Source: Octopus vulgaris (taxonomy: Eukaryota). Taken from it: a DNA stretch of 64,000 nt. The notes beneath the pieces were generated by a model that saw nothing but the letters and a program-made list of their open reading frames with translations, was not told the origin of the DNA and made no database searches. The stretch's first letter is position 1; every line of letters starts with the position of its first letter. The stretch spans positions 19,592,001 through 19,656,000 of the forward strand of contig OX597834.1 in NCBI GenBank assembly GCA_951406725.2, given 5' to 3'. The position numbers and the translations under genes were made by a program. Below are positions 12,481 through 25,461 of the stretch, piece by piece.

Positions 12481-13024
12481 GATATATGTATATATCTATA
12501 TATACATAGGAAGATAAATCAAGTAGAGAGATACAATTAACAATCAAATAATTTAACCATATAATATTACATGATATTCTGTGAATATAACACAACGTAA
12601 TATTATATAACATAAACAATTATTTTAAAAAACCCATAAAAGGTGAAGAAATTGTTTTGACATATATTTTTTCTGATATACATACATAATAACAGTTCCC
12701 TTATATATAAAGTCACTTTAGGGTCATGGTTTAAATAAAGATAAAATTCCGTGTGAAAGGACAGCTGGATTGTAAAAATTCATAGTATACCATGTAATAC
12801 TATAGTATAAATAAATTACTGGATTATCAGTAGTATCTCTCAATTTAATTTATTTTTATAATTGTATTATACCAATATTTATATGGTATCCAGTTTGACG
12901 TACCAGTGAAGTGGATGTTTAACACACCCCTTTGAAGGATCTCACTTCCTCAGTTTGTTACTTCATATATATAAATGTATATTTATATGCATGTGTGTGT
13001 GTGTGAAAATTATAGATTACATAT

Positions 13025-13242
13025 ACTTTTACTCTTTTACTTGTTTCAGTCATTTGACTGCGGCCATGCTGGGGCACCGCCTTTAATCGAGCAAATCGAC
13101 CCCAGGACTTGTTCTTTGTAAGCCCAGTACTTATTCTATCGGTCTCTTTGCTGAACCGCTAAGTGACGGGGACATAAACACACCAGCGTCAGTTGTCAAG
13201 CAATGTTGGGGGGACAAACACAGACACACAAACACACACACA

Positions 13243-13282
<40 letters not shown>

Positions 13283-13447
13283 TACGATGGGCTTCTTTCA
13301 GTTTCCGTCTACCAAACTCACTCACAAGGCTTTGGTCAGCCCGAGACTATAGTAGAAGACACTTGCCCAAGGTGCCATGCAGTGGGACTGAACCCGGAAC
13401 CATGTGGTTAGTAAGCAAGCTACATACCACACAGCCATTCCTGTGCC
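13025..13447 (-). mobile_element. SINE family A, full length
   Basis: As 3571-4005. Confidence 0.92.
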
Positions 13448-13802
13448 ATGTTTAATATAAGTATTTATCAGTCATTTGTTTAATGAGTGACATGATATGA
13501 ATGCAACACATATATGATAGATTATGTTTTTGATTTCATTCCATGCTTTATCAGACAATTGCCTTATGAATAACATAATGGGTTTATACCATAGATTTTT
13601 ATCTTCAATCTCATTAAATCATTACATACAGAGAACATAGCAGATTAATATTATAGATTAACGAGTTCATGCAATTAATCAAATTCACATTGTAGGTGAT
13701 AAATTGCAAGCATTGTTAGTATTAAGTGTTATTGTAACTATGTTACATATATAAGGGTTGTGTAATAAAACAAGAGTAAAGTGCAGGTTTTATGTACTTC
13801 GT

Positions 13803-14035
13803 TATCATCGTTGTCTGCACTTAACGTTCACTTTCTCATTCTTGCATGGGTCAGATGAAATTTGTTGAGGCAGATTCTTCTATGGCTGGACACCCTTCCT
13901 GTCGCTAGCCCCTCACCTGTTTTCAAGGAAGGTAATATTTCTTCATAACAAGATATAATTTCATGGGAGATTGAAAATGAAGGAGACTGCTTGCTCAACA
14001 GTGACATTCATCCACAACAAGAACATGTAGTCAAA
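13803..14035 (-). mobile_element. RTE 3'UTR-related repeat, diverged
   Basis: TTAACGTTCACTTTCTC..GCATGGGTCAGATG..TTCTATGGCTGGACACCCTTCCTGTCGC; similar fragments at about 25270-25420, 28895-29090 and 54350-54495. Confidence 0.6.
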
Positions 14036-14498
14036 GCAAAGGGTTGGTAACCCACAAGCCACTACACTGCACCTAAGATTCGACCTTGTTGTGGATTGAC
14101 ACGTATTGACATGACAATCATCTGACTTATTTCATTCCCATCAGGTTTTCCAAGTCTCTTTGATATTCATTAGATAATCCATCTTAAGTAGATCTCAAAT
14201 GTCCCAACACTGACTTTCAAACACTTTGCAATTATTACTCAACAACAACGAGTAGAATCTTGTGGATTAAATAAATATTTCATTGGGTTAGCCACTAAAC
14301 CTTCACCCAGTTGTGAATAGATGCAGACACACTCTTGGCCCTCTAACCCCTTGACCCAGAGGAGATCAAAGACTTGACTGCTGAAGGAAGAAAAGGGCTG
14401 TGACAGCACTAGGCTGATACACCTTTACAGCTAAGTTGCCTGGAACAATGTGAAATGAAGTGTGTTGCTCAAAGACACAAGAGACTTCCACATCAAAG

Positions 14499-14573
14499 AC
14501 TTGATCTTTGGGCCTTATGGCTTGATCTTGATCTTTGGGCCTCGTGGCTTGATCTTGATGTTTGGGCCTTATG
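14499..14573 (+). repeat. 27-bp tandem repeat (about 3 units) inside a decayed family D-like SINE
   Basis: CTTGATCTTTGGGCCTTATGGCTTGAT unit repeated. Confidence 0.85.
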
Positions 14574-15086
14574 TTCACGAGGTGAACATGCTAAACTTCA
14601 GGACACATGCCTTCACTAATGATTTGGCCATTCTGCTGCAATATCAACAATAATAAAAACAATGAACAAGCATCCATTTACCAATTCTTTCAAGATTATG
14701 TTTTTACAAATTATAACTACAGAGAAGGTTTATTTATTGAAGAAATGTGTTATCTAATTAAAAATAAGATTAAATTACATTGCAATCTGAACTTTGATAG
14801 TTTTAATTAATTAAAATGTTAAGAGTAATTTTAAAAGATTGACATTTTTGACATTAGTTACTTCAAAAACATGGAAACAGAAGGTTCCAGGAGCATTTTA
14901 ATAGCGTTAAATCAACTCTTCAATTTTATGCAACATTTTACCAATTTTTACTCTAAATCAAAAGAAAATATAGTTAGCCAAATAACTGAAATTAACTTTA
15001 TGCAATTAACAATTCAATTTTATGAGGATTTGATGTTAAGGCATTTGATATTTTGAAAATATAGATTAGTTCTTGGTATGTAATTA

Positions 15087-15312
15087 GCTGGCAGAAACGT
15101 TAGCACGCCGGGCGAAATTCGTAGCCATATTTCGTCTGCCGTTACGTTCTGAGTTCAAATTCCACCGAGGTCGACTTTGCCTTTCATCCTTTCGGGGTCG
15201 ATAAATTAAGTACCAGTTACTACACACTGGGGTCGATGTAATCGACTTAATCCCTTTGTCTCTCCTTGTTTGTCTTCTCTGTGTTTAGCCCCTTGTGGGT
15301 AGTAAAGAAATA
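15087..15312 (+). mobile_element. SINE family B with 12-bp TSD
   Basis: GCTGGCAGAAACGTTAGCACGCCGGGCG..GAGTTCAAATTCC..AAAGAAATA; GGTATGTAATTA at 15075-15086 and 15313-15324. Confidence 0.92.
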
Positions 15313-15578
15313 GGTATGTAATTAAATGGCATTAACTGTAGGAGATTTTGGTTATTCCATGCCGTTTCTTATTTGCCAGTGTTTTGCATTTGGGGCAAGC
15401 TATTGTAGAGGCTATTATATTAGGATTTCTCTTTGTGGGATGCTTAACCCATAAAGTGCTGGGATTTGCACTTACATAGCATGGACTGCTGAGCACATTT
15501 TATGAAAATAAGACTACGATGCACACGTAAAAAACAAAAACACCAGGTATGCATATTCTTTAACTTCCCCATACATAA

Positions 15579-15874
15579 GAGCTGTTCTTCACTCCTGCTC
15601 CAGAGCGTCGGCTGCGGGGTCATTCCGAAAAGCTCTACCTGCGACGATTTCATCTCAATCAAAGGAGAGGAGCTTTCTCTGTCCGGGTTGCGGATCCGTG
15701 GAACAAGCTGCCAGATGAGATGGTGAAGATGCCGACGACCGCTCGGTTCAAAGTCTCCCTTGACTTCAAGTGGCCTGAACTCTTTACATGAACACCACCC
15801 TGTACATAACTCCATGTCCCCCTACATGGCCTTGCTATTTGCTTTTGAGCCAAATTAACTAACTTAACTTAACT
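15579..15874 (+). mobile_element. CR1-like LINE 3' end (ORF2 C-terminus + UTR + (TAACT)n tail)
   Basis: ELFFTPAPERRLRGHSEKLYLRRFHLNQRRGAFSVRVADPWNKLPDEMVKMPTTARFKVSLDFKWPELFT* (stop 15789-15791); RGH..KL / FS.RV...WN.LP / FK..LD motifs; second copy at 30775. Confidence 0.85.
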
Positions 15875-15879
15875 TTATA

Positions 15880-16079
15880 TTCTTTTATCTGCTTCAGTCA
15901 TTTGACTGCAATCATGCTGGAGCACTGCCTTCAGTCGAACAAATCGACCCCAGGACTTATTCTTTGTAAGCCTAGTACTTATTCTATCAGTCTCTTTTGT
16001 CAAACCAGTAAGTTATGGGGATATAAACAAACCAACATCAGTTGTCAAGCAATAGTGGGGGACAAACACAGACACACAA

Positions 16080-16110
<31 letters not shown>

Positions 16111-16263
16111 GCTTCTTTCAGTTTCCATCTACCAAATCCACTCACAAGGCTTTGGTTGGTCTGAAGCTATAATAAAAAACACTGGCCCAGGGTGCCATGC
16201 AGGGGCACTGAACCTGGGATCATGTGGCTGGTAAGGAAGCTACATTACCACACAGCCACTCCT
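15880..16263 (-). mobile_element. SINE family A
   Basis: Similarity to other copies. Confidence 0.9.
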
Positions 16264-16699
16264 CAGAAGGGGAGATTAGCTGGATTTTGAACTCAAGACA
16301 AAAGTACAATTCAGCTGTATACCTGATCCCCTTTCATTCATCACTCAGTCAATTCTTTCATAACATTGTCCATTTGGTTTTGCAATTACTTATGAATAAT
16401 TAAATAAATCACAAAAGCCAGGGTTGTTTGCTGTGTGAAAGACAAAATGCATTTTAAAGATGGCATGAGACATGTTGAGATGATGTATGTGGTAGTAAAT
16501 TTGGTTTGTAATACAAAGGTTGAAAATAAAAAACAAACTAAAAAGCCAGTAGTTTTGATGTGAAATTATTTTTGCCATGAATATATACATGATCTCTAAC
16601 TGTTCGTCTATACTAACAGATCTGGCCAGATTCCAGTAGAAAGTAGCTCACATGCAAATACATGTATTGATATAAATATAGCCATTACATATACATAAA

Positions 16700-16804
16700 A
16701 GAAAATGATATATGTATGTGTGTGTGCATGTGTCTGTGTGTTTGTATATACATATGTATTTATGCACACAAATATATACATTATATAAACATATATATAT
16801 ATAC

Positions 16805-16856
<52 letters not shown>

Positions 16857-17206
16857 TTATATATATATATGTATGTATGTACATATATATGTATGTATGT
16901 ATGTACATGTATGTGCACATGCATACATACACATGCAAATATACATGCATAATTGCATATATATATATATACAAACACATGCTTATATATACTTATGCAT
17001 GTATATATATATATATATATATATACTAACACATGCTTATATATACTTATGCATATACATATATACTTATATATACACATATATATATAACATGTCTTTA
17101 TATTTATAAAAGAAGTCACATTTTAACATAGATCACGTATATATGTCAGTATGACAACATGTATCTGCTTTATGGTATGTTTACATATTGCATGTATGTA
17201 TATGTA

Positions 17207-17252
<46 letters not shown>

Positions 17253-17308
17253 AATATATATATATATGTATATATGTATGAATATATATATATGTATATA
17301 TGTATGAA

Positions 17309-17340
<32 letters not shown>

Positions 17341-17430
17341 AATATATATATATGTGTATATATATATATATATATGGTTATATGTGGGTACACATTTACA
17401 TGCATGCACATGCACATATATGCACATGCA
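16700..17430. repeat. degenerate (TA)n/(TG)n low-complexity tract
   Basis: Directly visible. Confidence 0.9.
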
Positions 17431-18027
17431 TGCATTGGAACCTGCATATCGCTATTAGAGAACGATTCAGAAACGTCCTGTGAGGTAATGACTGTTATCA
17501 GAAGAAATTCACAGTTTATGATAAAAATTTATTCCAGAAGCCCACAGACGGTATGAAGAGATAAAAGATATTCCAAAGATTATTTATTAGAATTCATATA
17601 AATTACTAAAGAACACTTGAGGATTTATTCCTCTTTTCAGGTGAAAGAAGCAGGTTATCTGGAATTGGTTTTGAATTTTTGAATTGGCAACGAATTCTTG
17701 AGAATGGTTCCAAAACAACTTTTTCTTGTTTCTTTCAGATTGCACCCCACCCCCCGTCCTCCACAACACTTCCTCTGTCTCTTTCACACTCTCTCTCCTT
17801 CTGTGTTTCACTCACCACACATATATATGCTTGTGTGTGTGTATGTATATATGTATATGTGTATATATACATATTTATATACATATATACATACATATAT
17901 GTGTATACATAAATATATGTGTATCTATCTATATATCTATCTGTCTATTAATCTGTGTGTGTGTGTGTGTATCTATGTGCGTATCTATGTGTGTATTTCC
18001 CTTTCTCTCTAAATATATGACTGCAAT

Positions 18028-18068
18028 TCTTCTTCTTCTTCTTCTTCTCATTATTATTATTATCATTA

Positions 18069-18108
<40 letters not shown>

Positions 18109-18111
18109 TCC

Positions 18112-18192
<81 letters not shown>

Positions 18193-18201
18193 TCCTACTA
18201 C

Positions 18202-18237
<36 letters not shown>

Positions 18238-18258
18238 TCCTACTATTATTATTATTAT
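18028..18258. repeat. (TTC)n then (ATT)n microsatellite with ACTCCT interruptions
   Basis: Directly visible. Confidence 0.95.
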
Positions 18259-18993
18259 TTTTGTGTGTCTTGGTCAGCAGGCATCAGATCTGAGCTGCAA
18301 CTGAAACACAGCTTGGATTAAGTACCATTATTCCACCCTGACCATCCACCCTGCCTAACACCAATTTTGCTTTGCAGTTTGTAGCCATAATCTCCTCCTC
18401 CTCCTCCTCCTCCTCTCCACCACCTCTCCTCCACCACCTCCTCCTCACCATCATCGTTCCGCCTCTCTGACACTACTGACACATAAATATACACATATGT
18501 AAATATTTTATGTATATCATGTGAGTTTGTGTGTGTGTGTGTGTGTGTCTGTCTGTCTGTCTGTCTCTGTGTGTGTCTGTGTGTGAGTCTGTCTGTGTGT
18601 GTGTAATTTATCCTGAGGAAATTTTCATTTGCTTGATGTATCCTTAGTTTGACTTCATGACTATTCAACAACTGAAGCCTCTGGTGTTTTGCATCTCTTC
18701 AATTTCTCATCATCCACACACACACACACACATACATACACACACACATACACACACACACACATACACACACATGCTTATACATAACATAGACATACAT
18801 GAACCATTATACCAAAGATATTCCATATTCCTCTGATGACCTCCTCAGATAACAAAACATTTTTTTTTTCTTTCACATACTCTTTCATCTCACCTTATTC
18901 TAAATTGTTGACTTTGGCAATGTTCCTGACTTGCCCAGTATTTACACAAATTTGGCCTCTCTCTCTCTTTTTCTCCATATATATATATATACG

Positions 18994-19025
<32 letters not shown>

Positions 19026-19067
19026 AGCATAATTGTCTATATGTATATCAGAAAGTTTCAATATACT

Positions 19068-19243
19068 TTCTTCTTCTTCTTCTTCTTCTTCTTCTTCTTC
19101 TTCTTCTTCTTCTTCTTCTTCTTTTTCCTCTTCTTCTTCTTCTTCTTCTTCTTCTTCTTCTTCCTTCTCTTCTTTTTCTTCTTTTTCTTCCTCCTCCTCC
19201 CCCTCTTCTTCTTCTTCTTCTTCTTCTTCTTCTTCTTCTTCTT

Positions 19244-19273
<30 letters not shown>
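19068..19273. repeat. (TTC)n microsatellite
   Basis: Directly visible. Confidence 0.95.
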
Positions 19274-19275
<2 letters not shown>

Positions 19276-19663
19276 CCCCAACCCCAGCAACTTACTGTAG
19301 ACCAGCTCTAGTGCTGTGTGCTACTGGACATGGTATTTCAATGTGTTTAGTCATCTGCATTCTGAGTTCAAATCCTATTCGGAGTTCGGCTTTATCTTTC
19401 ATCCATTAGGCAACAATATGACAATTACTTGATGTGGTTGTGAATTAACCAAGTAACATCTAATCCTGAAATTGCTGGCCTTGTGCTGAAATCAGAAACA
19501 ATTATTATTATTATTATTATTATTATTATCCCTCAAGGATTCATCAACCAAAAGTATTGGTTTTGTCAATATACATACATTTGTTTACCGTAACATGGGG
19601 ATGTGCTCCAAAAGGACACAGCTGGGATTATGACCCTATCTATTAACCTGCATATATATACAC

Positions 19664-20026
19664 ACAAAAATTCTATAGCAAAAACTGCTTCACCACATAC
19701 TGAAATTTAGAAATAGCAGTTAAATACTATTCCACTACCATAAGTTATGTCCCAGACAGTAATACCATCAACTCACTCTTTACTTGTGTAAGTTGAGTGT
19801 ATTGCTGTCTGAGAGATATCTTATGGTAGTGAAATAGTATTTAACTGCTATTTCTAAATTTCGGTATGTGGTGAAGCAATTTTTGCTGAACCCTAATTAT
19901 AATTATGCTTATAATTATAGAATTTTTGTATAGAGTTACTGATAATGGTTCTTTTAACATACCAAACTACTTGGTAAAATTATTAATTATTAATTGATTA
20001 ATTAATTTTACTCTTTATTATTATTG

Positions 20027-20030
<4 letters not shown>
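19664..20030 (+). mobile_element. foldback element (about 95-bp arms + outer extension) with tail, ending in (TA)n
   Basis: 19677-19773 is the imperfect reverse complement of 19791-19887; CAAAAATTCTATA/TATAGAATTTTTG outer pair; arms and tail are homologous to the 24287 element. Confidence 0.75.
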
Positions 20031-20082
<52 letters not shown>

Positions 20083-20896
20083 CTCACAAGAGTAAACAAG
20101 ACAGACAGAAACAAGGAAAATGCTCGTTGTATTTGAATACTATGCAAATATTCTTTTAAATATTCTTTTGGTGTGTTTACATTCCCATGACATAGTGTTT
20201 TGGCAAAGAAGGCCAATAGAATAAGTACCAGGCTTTAAACAGAAAGTTCTGGGTTCAACTTGTTTAACTAAAACCCCTTTGGGTGGTTCCCCAGCATGGC
20301 CATGACCAAATGAGTAAAACAAGTAAAAAAAGAGTAAGAAGATTCCAGTAGGATGACACTCAGGGGAAAAAGGACTGGACACGATGAATAATATGGGGTG
20401 AGTGGTTGGACACAGCATGGTGATACTAGCTAGTGGTTGGGAGGTAACTGAGTAATAGTGGTGCTGGTATGAAGTCAGCATGTCTCTGAGGAGCAAAGGC
20501 CATTATTATAACTCTAAAAACCAACAGAGAGAGAGAAAGACAGATGGAACACCTGTGGGTCAATGACAGTGGATTTTACATATGCATATGTGAGTGTGTT
20601 TATGTGTGCACCTATGTGATCGTTAGTGATTGAATACAAATGAGTTAGGTGTGAATGAAAGCCAACTGCAAAATATAAGTTTAGGAATTCTGATTTGCAT
20701 TTTTAATATGCATATGTAATAATGGGAGATATTTTGGAAATTAACAATGAATGAGGAATAAATCTTAAAATGCAAGAAATTCACCAATCCTCTTTACAGA
20801 TTAATTTTGCCATATACAGAATGAATGTTGTACAATTTTAAAAATAACAGTCCTTAAAATAATTATGCATGTGTATATATATATATATATATACAT

Positions 20897-20981
<85 letters not shown>

Positions 20982-20986
20982 TATAT

Positions 20987-21113
20987 GTATGCTTGAAATG
21001 AGGAATAGATAGACAGCCAACAACTGATGAAGGGTCCTTTCTCTGTGTTACCTTTGTTCACGTATTTCATGTGATTTGCACCATTGGTGATGTCCTGTAT
21101 CCATATTTGCATG

Positions 21114-21115
<2 letters not shown>
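20987..21115 (+). repeat. about 125-bp dispersed repeat, copy 1
   Basis: GTATGCTTGAAATGAGGAATAGATAGACAGCCAACAACTGATGAAGGGTCC...; near-identical at 21539-21665, diverged at about 55070-55240. Confidence 0.85.
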
Positions 21116-21161
<46 letters not shown>

Positions 21162-21162
<1 letters not shown>

Positions 21163-21336
21163 TTTATTTAAAAGCAGCAGAAATTCAACAAAACCTGTTA
21201 CTCAGAGTTTCATGTTCCCATTCATCGGACAGTTTTTAACCTGTTGCTCGGAGTTTCACGTTCCCGTTCGTTGAATTTTGTTGAATTTCTGATGTTTTTA
21301 TAATAATTTCCTTCCTCTAAATACCCCTGGTATTTA

Positions 21337-21340
<4 letters not shown>
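21162..21340. mobile_element. (TA)n-embedded element: about 30-bp inverted repeats around two tandem hammerhead motifs, plus tail
   Basis: TTATTTAAAAGCAGCAGAAATTCAACAAAA vs TTTTGTTGAATTTCTGATGTTTTTATAATAA; internal direct repeat 21192-21228 / 21238-21273. Confidence 0.75.
21195..21232 (-). ncRNA. type I hammerhead ribozyme motif (CCGAUGA core variant)
   Basis: Minus strand: CTGT-CCGATGA-ATG-GGAA-CAT-GAA-ACTCTGAGT-A-ACAG; stem I 4 bp, stem II 3 bp, near-palindromic stem III, GUA site. Confidence 0.65.
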
Positions 21341-21384
<44 letters not shown>

Positions 21385-21538
21385 CACCATCCGAGTAGCT
21401 CGTCTTTTTGGCACATAAAATCACCCACTACACTTGGAGTGGTGGCCACCTTGCTTGCCACATTTTTGTGTTTACTCCATGGAAGACTTAGTATATATAT
21501 ATATTTATATATACACATACAAACACACATATGTATAT

Positions 21539-21665
21539 GTATGCTTGAAATGAGGAATAGATAGACAGCCAACAACTGATGAAGGGTCCTTTCTCTGTGT
21601 TACCTTTGTTCACGTATTTCATGTGATTTGCACCATTGGTGACGTCCTGTACCCATATATTCATG
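21539..21665 (+). repeat. about 125-bp dispersed repeat, copy 2
   Basis: Near-identical to 20987-21115. Confidence 0.85.
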
Positions 21666-22449
21666 CATATATATATACATATACACACAAACATATACAC
21701 ACATGCATATACACACACACACACATAATGTATAAATACATATATATATATACGTGTGTGTATGTGTATGCTTGTGTTAGCATTTATATCTATATATATG
21801 TGTGTATGTATATGCTTATGTTTGTTTTTATGTGTGTATATATATATTATATATGTACATATATATGATAGCGTTAGTTATATATATACGTATATATACA
21901 CACATACATACACACACATATATATGGGGGGGTGTTAATATGTATACACATATATGTGGTGGGGAGGGTTAAATATATATATATTTGTACTCACACACAT
22001 TTGTTTGTGAGAGTATGTATGCACATGTGCTTATACATTTAAGATAAGGTATATGTATGTAGATATATGTGTGTTGTGTGTATGTGTGTGTGTGGGTGGG
22101 TGTTTGTATGTGTGCAGGGAAAAGAACGGATGTCTGAAAGGGATCAATAAAATTAAGAAAACAAAAATAAAAAAACAGGTGAAAAGAAAAAAAAAAAGAA
22201 AAACAAATCTATTAACGGGAAGAATTTCTTTAACCAATTTGTTATGGGCAATCTTTAAATGGAAGTGAATATTTCCAAAGATAGATATCGAAGACTTTGG
22301 AATCAGGAATTGTCATGTTTAGGATTAAACAATGAGAGCTGTAGCGTTGTGTGGAGGAGGGTAGCATTATGGCCATTAGTGGAGGCTTAGAGGTTGTTGG
22401 AAATAATTGGTGAATATTGTTGAATTTGGAAAACTAAGGCTGGAGTCAG

Positions 22450-22798
22450 ACATGTGAAGGAGAAGATGAAAGACAGTAAGATAAAGAGAGAGGGATAGGG
22501 AAAGACGTAATGAGATAAAGAGAGAGGGATAGGGAAAGATATAGGGAAAGAAAGAGAGATAGATAGGCAGAGAGACAGTGAGAGAAAGAGAGAGGGATAG
22601 AAAGGTAGAGACACAGGGAAAGAAAGAGAGATAGATAGGCAGAGAGACAGTGAGAGAAAGAGAGTCTGGGAGTAGTGAGGAGGGGTGTAAATGAGGGAAG
22701 GGGTGGAGAGTTAAAAGGGGAAGAAGTAATAGAATAAAGATGAGAAAGGAGGTGGGGAGAGAGAGAAAGTGAGAGGGGAAATAGATTGTTGGTTAAAT

Positions 22799-22833
<35 letters not shown>

Positions 22834-23149
22834 TCGTGAGGTCTAGAGAAATAAATGATAAAGAAGGGTAAAATAAAGGTAGAGAGAGAGAGAGCGGGGG
22901 GAGATAGGGAGAGCAGTTCGTTAGATAAATAGAGAGAGGAGGGAAGCTAGTCATGAGAGAAGGGATGCAAAGAGGGAGTAAGTGCAAACGAAGGAGTGAG
23001 ATGGAGAAGCAAAAGGTAAAGAAATAGTAAAAGAAAAACAAAGAGGAGAAGAGAGAGAGAGAGAGAAAGAAAGAAAGAAAGAGAGAATGATATGCAAGAT
23101 GGGAAAGTGAAAGTTCATAGATGAAGAAGTAGTGAAAGACAGACAAAGA

Positions 23150-23190
<41 letters not shown>
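22450..23190. repeat. GA-rich polypurine tract with a 72-bp-period duplication (about 22543 / 22615)
   Basis: Directly visible. Confidence 0.85.
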
Positions 23191-23192
<2 letters not shown>

Positions 23193-23601
23193 AGAGATGT
23201 GTGTATGAGGCTGTAGATTAATGAAAGAAATAGAAGTAGCTATATGGAAGGGGAGTGTAGAGGGGGAAAGGGTGAGCGGAAAGATATGCAAGGAAAGAAC
23301 ATATGTGTGTGTGTGTGAATGAGAGTAAGGTGTGGAAAGTAAGAAGGACTTTTAAAAAATGCATGATTGAAAAAGATTATGTGAGATTACAAGATATAAA
23401 CTGTGAAAAAGGGAAACAATATGAGACAGGGCAGGGCAGGGCGACAAACGGACAGACAGACATGCAGACAGACAGAGTGAGAGAGAGAGAAAGGGAGAGG
23501 TGGGTGAGTGAGTGAGTGAAAATGATTATGATAACATAAAAACTCCCCATCTTCATCCAAATGCCGTTGTGCTTCCAAGAATGAGGCAGACTTTCTATGG
23601 T

Positions 23602-24010
23602 TACTCTTTACTCTTTTACTTGTTTCAGTCATTTGACTGTGGCCCTGCTGGAGCACCGCCTTTTAATCGAGCAACTCGACCCCGGGACTTATTCTTTGTA
23701 AGCCCAGTACTTATTCTATCGGTCTCTTTTGCCGAACCGCTAAGTGACGGGGACATAAACACACCAGCATCGGTTGTCAAGCAATGGTGAGGGGACAAAC
23801 ACAGACACACAAACATACATGCACACAGACATATATATACATATATACGATGGGCTTCTTTCAGTTTCCGTCTACCAAATCCACTCACAAGACTTTGGTC
23901 GGCCCGAGGCTATAGCAGAAGACACTTGCCCAAGGTGCCACACAGTGGGACTGAACCCGGAACCATGTGGTTGGTAAACAAGCTACTTACCACACAGCCA
24001 CTCCTGCACC
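23602..24010 (-). mobile_element. SINE family A, full length
   Basis: Similarity to other copies. Confidence 0.92.
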
Positions 24011-24286
24011 TATAGTTGTAGTTTTTCCCTAAAAAATTGCCAGACTTTGAAATTCTCTTCCATCTCATTGTTTTCTTCCTTCTTGTGACCGGAACTCTTT
24101 CAGTTCTAAAGTAAATTCATTCCTTTCATCTCATTTTCTTCTTCTTCATTGTAGCTTACACTAAGTGGCTTCTTACTATGTTTGGAACTTTCTGATTTGA
24201 AAACATAAAAAAATAAAAAAAAAAGAATGAAGGAAGTTGTCTGTGTGTTCATGTGTGTGTATACACATATATAAATATATTAGTAT

Positions 24287-24665
24287 GTATATAAATAAAA
24301 GAGGCAGGCAACAGGTTGCTTAGCCGCATACCGAAAAAATTAGAAATAGCAGTCAAAGACTGTTTATTTCTATTTTCTACAAATGGGACTCCACATACGA
24401 CATATCCCTGTAATTCACATATGTGGAGTCCCATTTGTAGAAAATAGAAATAAACAGTCTTTGACTGCTATTTCTAATTTTTTCGGTATGCGGCTAAGCA
24501 ACCTGCCTCTTTTATTTATATACAATATATATATACAGAACTTTATAGAAGTTCCTACCGTTAATGGTTATATTTACAAGCTGAAATCTATTAGTAAATA
24601 ATTGTTGGTTTTTTTTAAAAATCATTAAAGAAATTATTTACTCTTATTATATTACTATATTAGCA
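24287..24665 (+). mobile_element. foldback element with perfect 86-bp arms + tail
   Basis: 24312-24397 reads as the exact reverse complement of 24420-24505 (22-nt loop); pairing extends to 24287/24523 across a 7-nt indel; tail to about 24665 then (TA)n. Confidence 0.85.
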
Positions 24666-24689
24666 TGTATATATGTATATATATATATA

Positions 24690-24860
24690 TTGCTGGAATT
24701 TATAGAAAAACAAATGACGATGACAGGTGTATGAACAACTAGCAAATGTATTAGTTTCACACTAGGGGAAAAATGAAAAAGTATTTTACATTTCGAGTTT
24801 ACACTCTTCAACAGAAAGGAATAAAGAAAATAAACAGAGAGAGAGTGTGAAAAAACTTGT
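24690..24860 (-). mobile_element. (TA)n-adjacent element with decayed hammerhead-like motif
   Basis: Minus strand 24784-24817: TTT-CTGTTGA-A-GAGT-GTAA-ACTC-GAA-ATGT-A-AAA; same layout as 9332 and 33467 but core mutated. Confidence 0.55.
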
Positions 24861-24880
24861 GGATTTCAGTGATCCAGCAT

Positions 24881-25018
24881 TAGCTTGCTAACCAACCACA
24901 TGGTTCCGGGTTCAGTCCCACTACGTGGCATTTTGGGCAAGTGTCTTCTGCTATAGCCCCAGGCCGACCAATGCCTTGTGAGTGGATTTGGTAGACGGAA
25001 ACTGAAAGAAGCCTGTCG

Positions 25019-25055
<37 letters not shown>

Positions 25056-25240
25056 TTGTGTGTCTGTGTTTGTCCCCCTAGCATTGCTTGACAACTCATG
25101 CTGGTGTGTTTAAGTCCCCGTCACTTAGCGGTTTGGCAAAAGAGACTGGGCTTGCAAAGAATAAGTCCCAGGGTTAATTTGCTCGACTAAAGCTGGTGCT
25201 CCAGCATGGCCGCAGTCAAATGACTGAAACAAGTAAAAGG
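24881..25240 (+). mobile_element. SINE family A, 5'-clipped
   Basis: Similarity to other copies. Confidence 0.9.
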
Positions 25241-25429
25241 GTATACATGGAAAGCAAATGTTAAAGTATGATGATGATGATAATGATCATCATCATCATA
25301 GCACCAGCATCCTCTTTTCCATGCTTACAAAATGTGTCAATGCTGATTTTCTACAGCTGGATGCCTTTCCTGTTACCAATCCTCGTCTGTTTCCAACTGT
25401 GATATGATCCCAAGACAAAGAGACAGTAA

Positions 25430-25430
25430 T

Positions 25431-25461
<31 letters not shown>

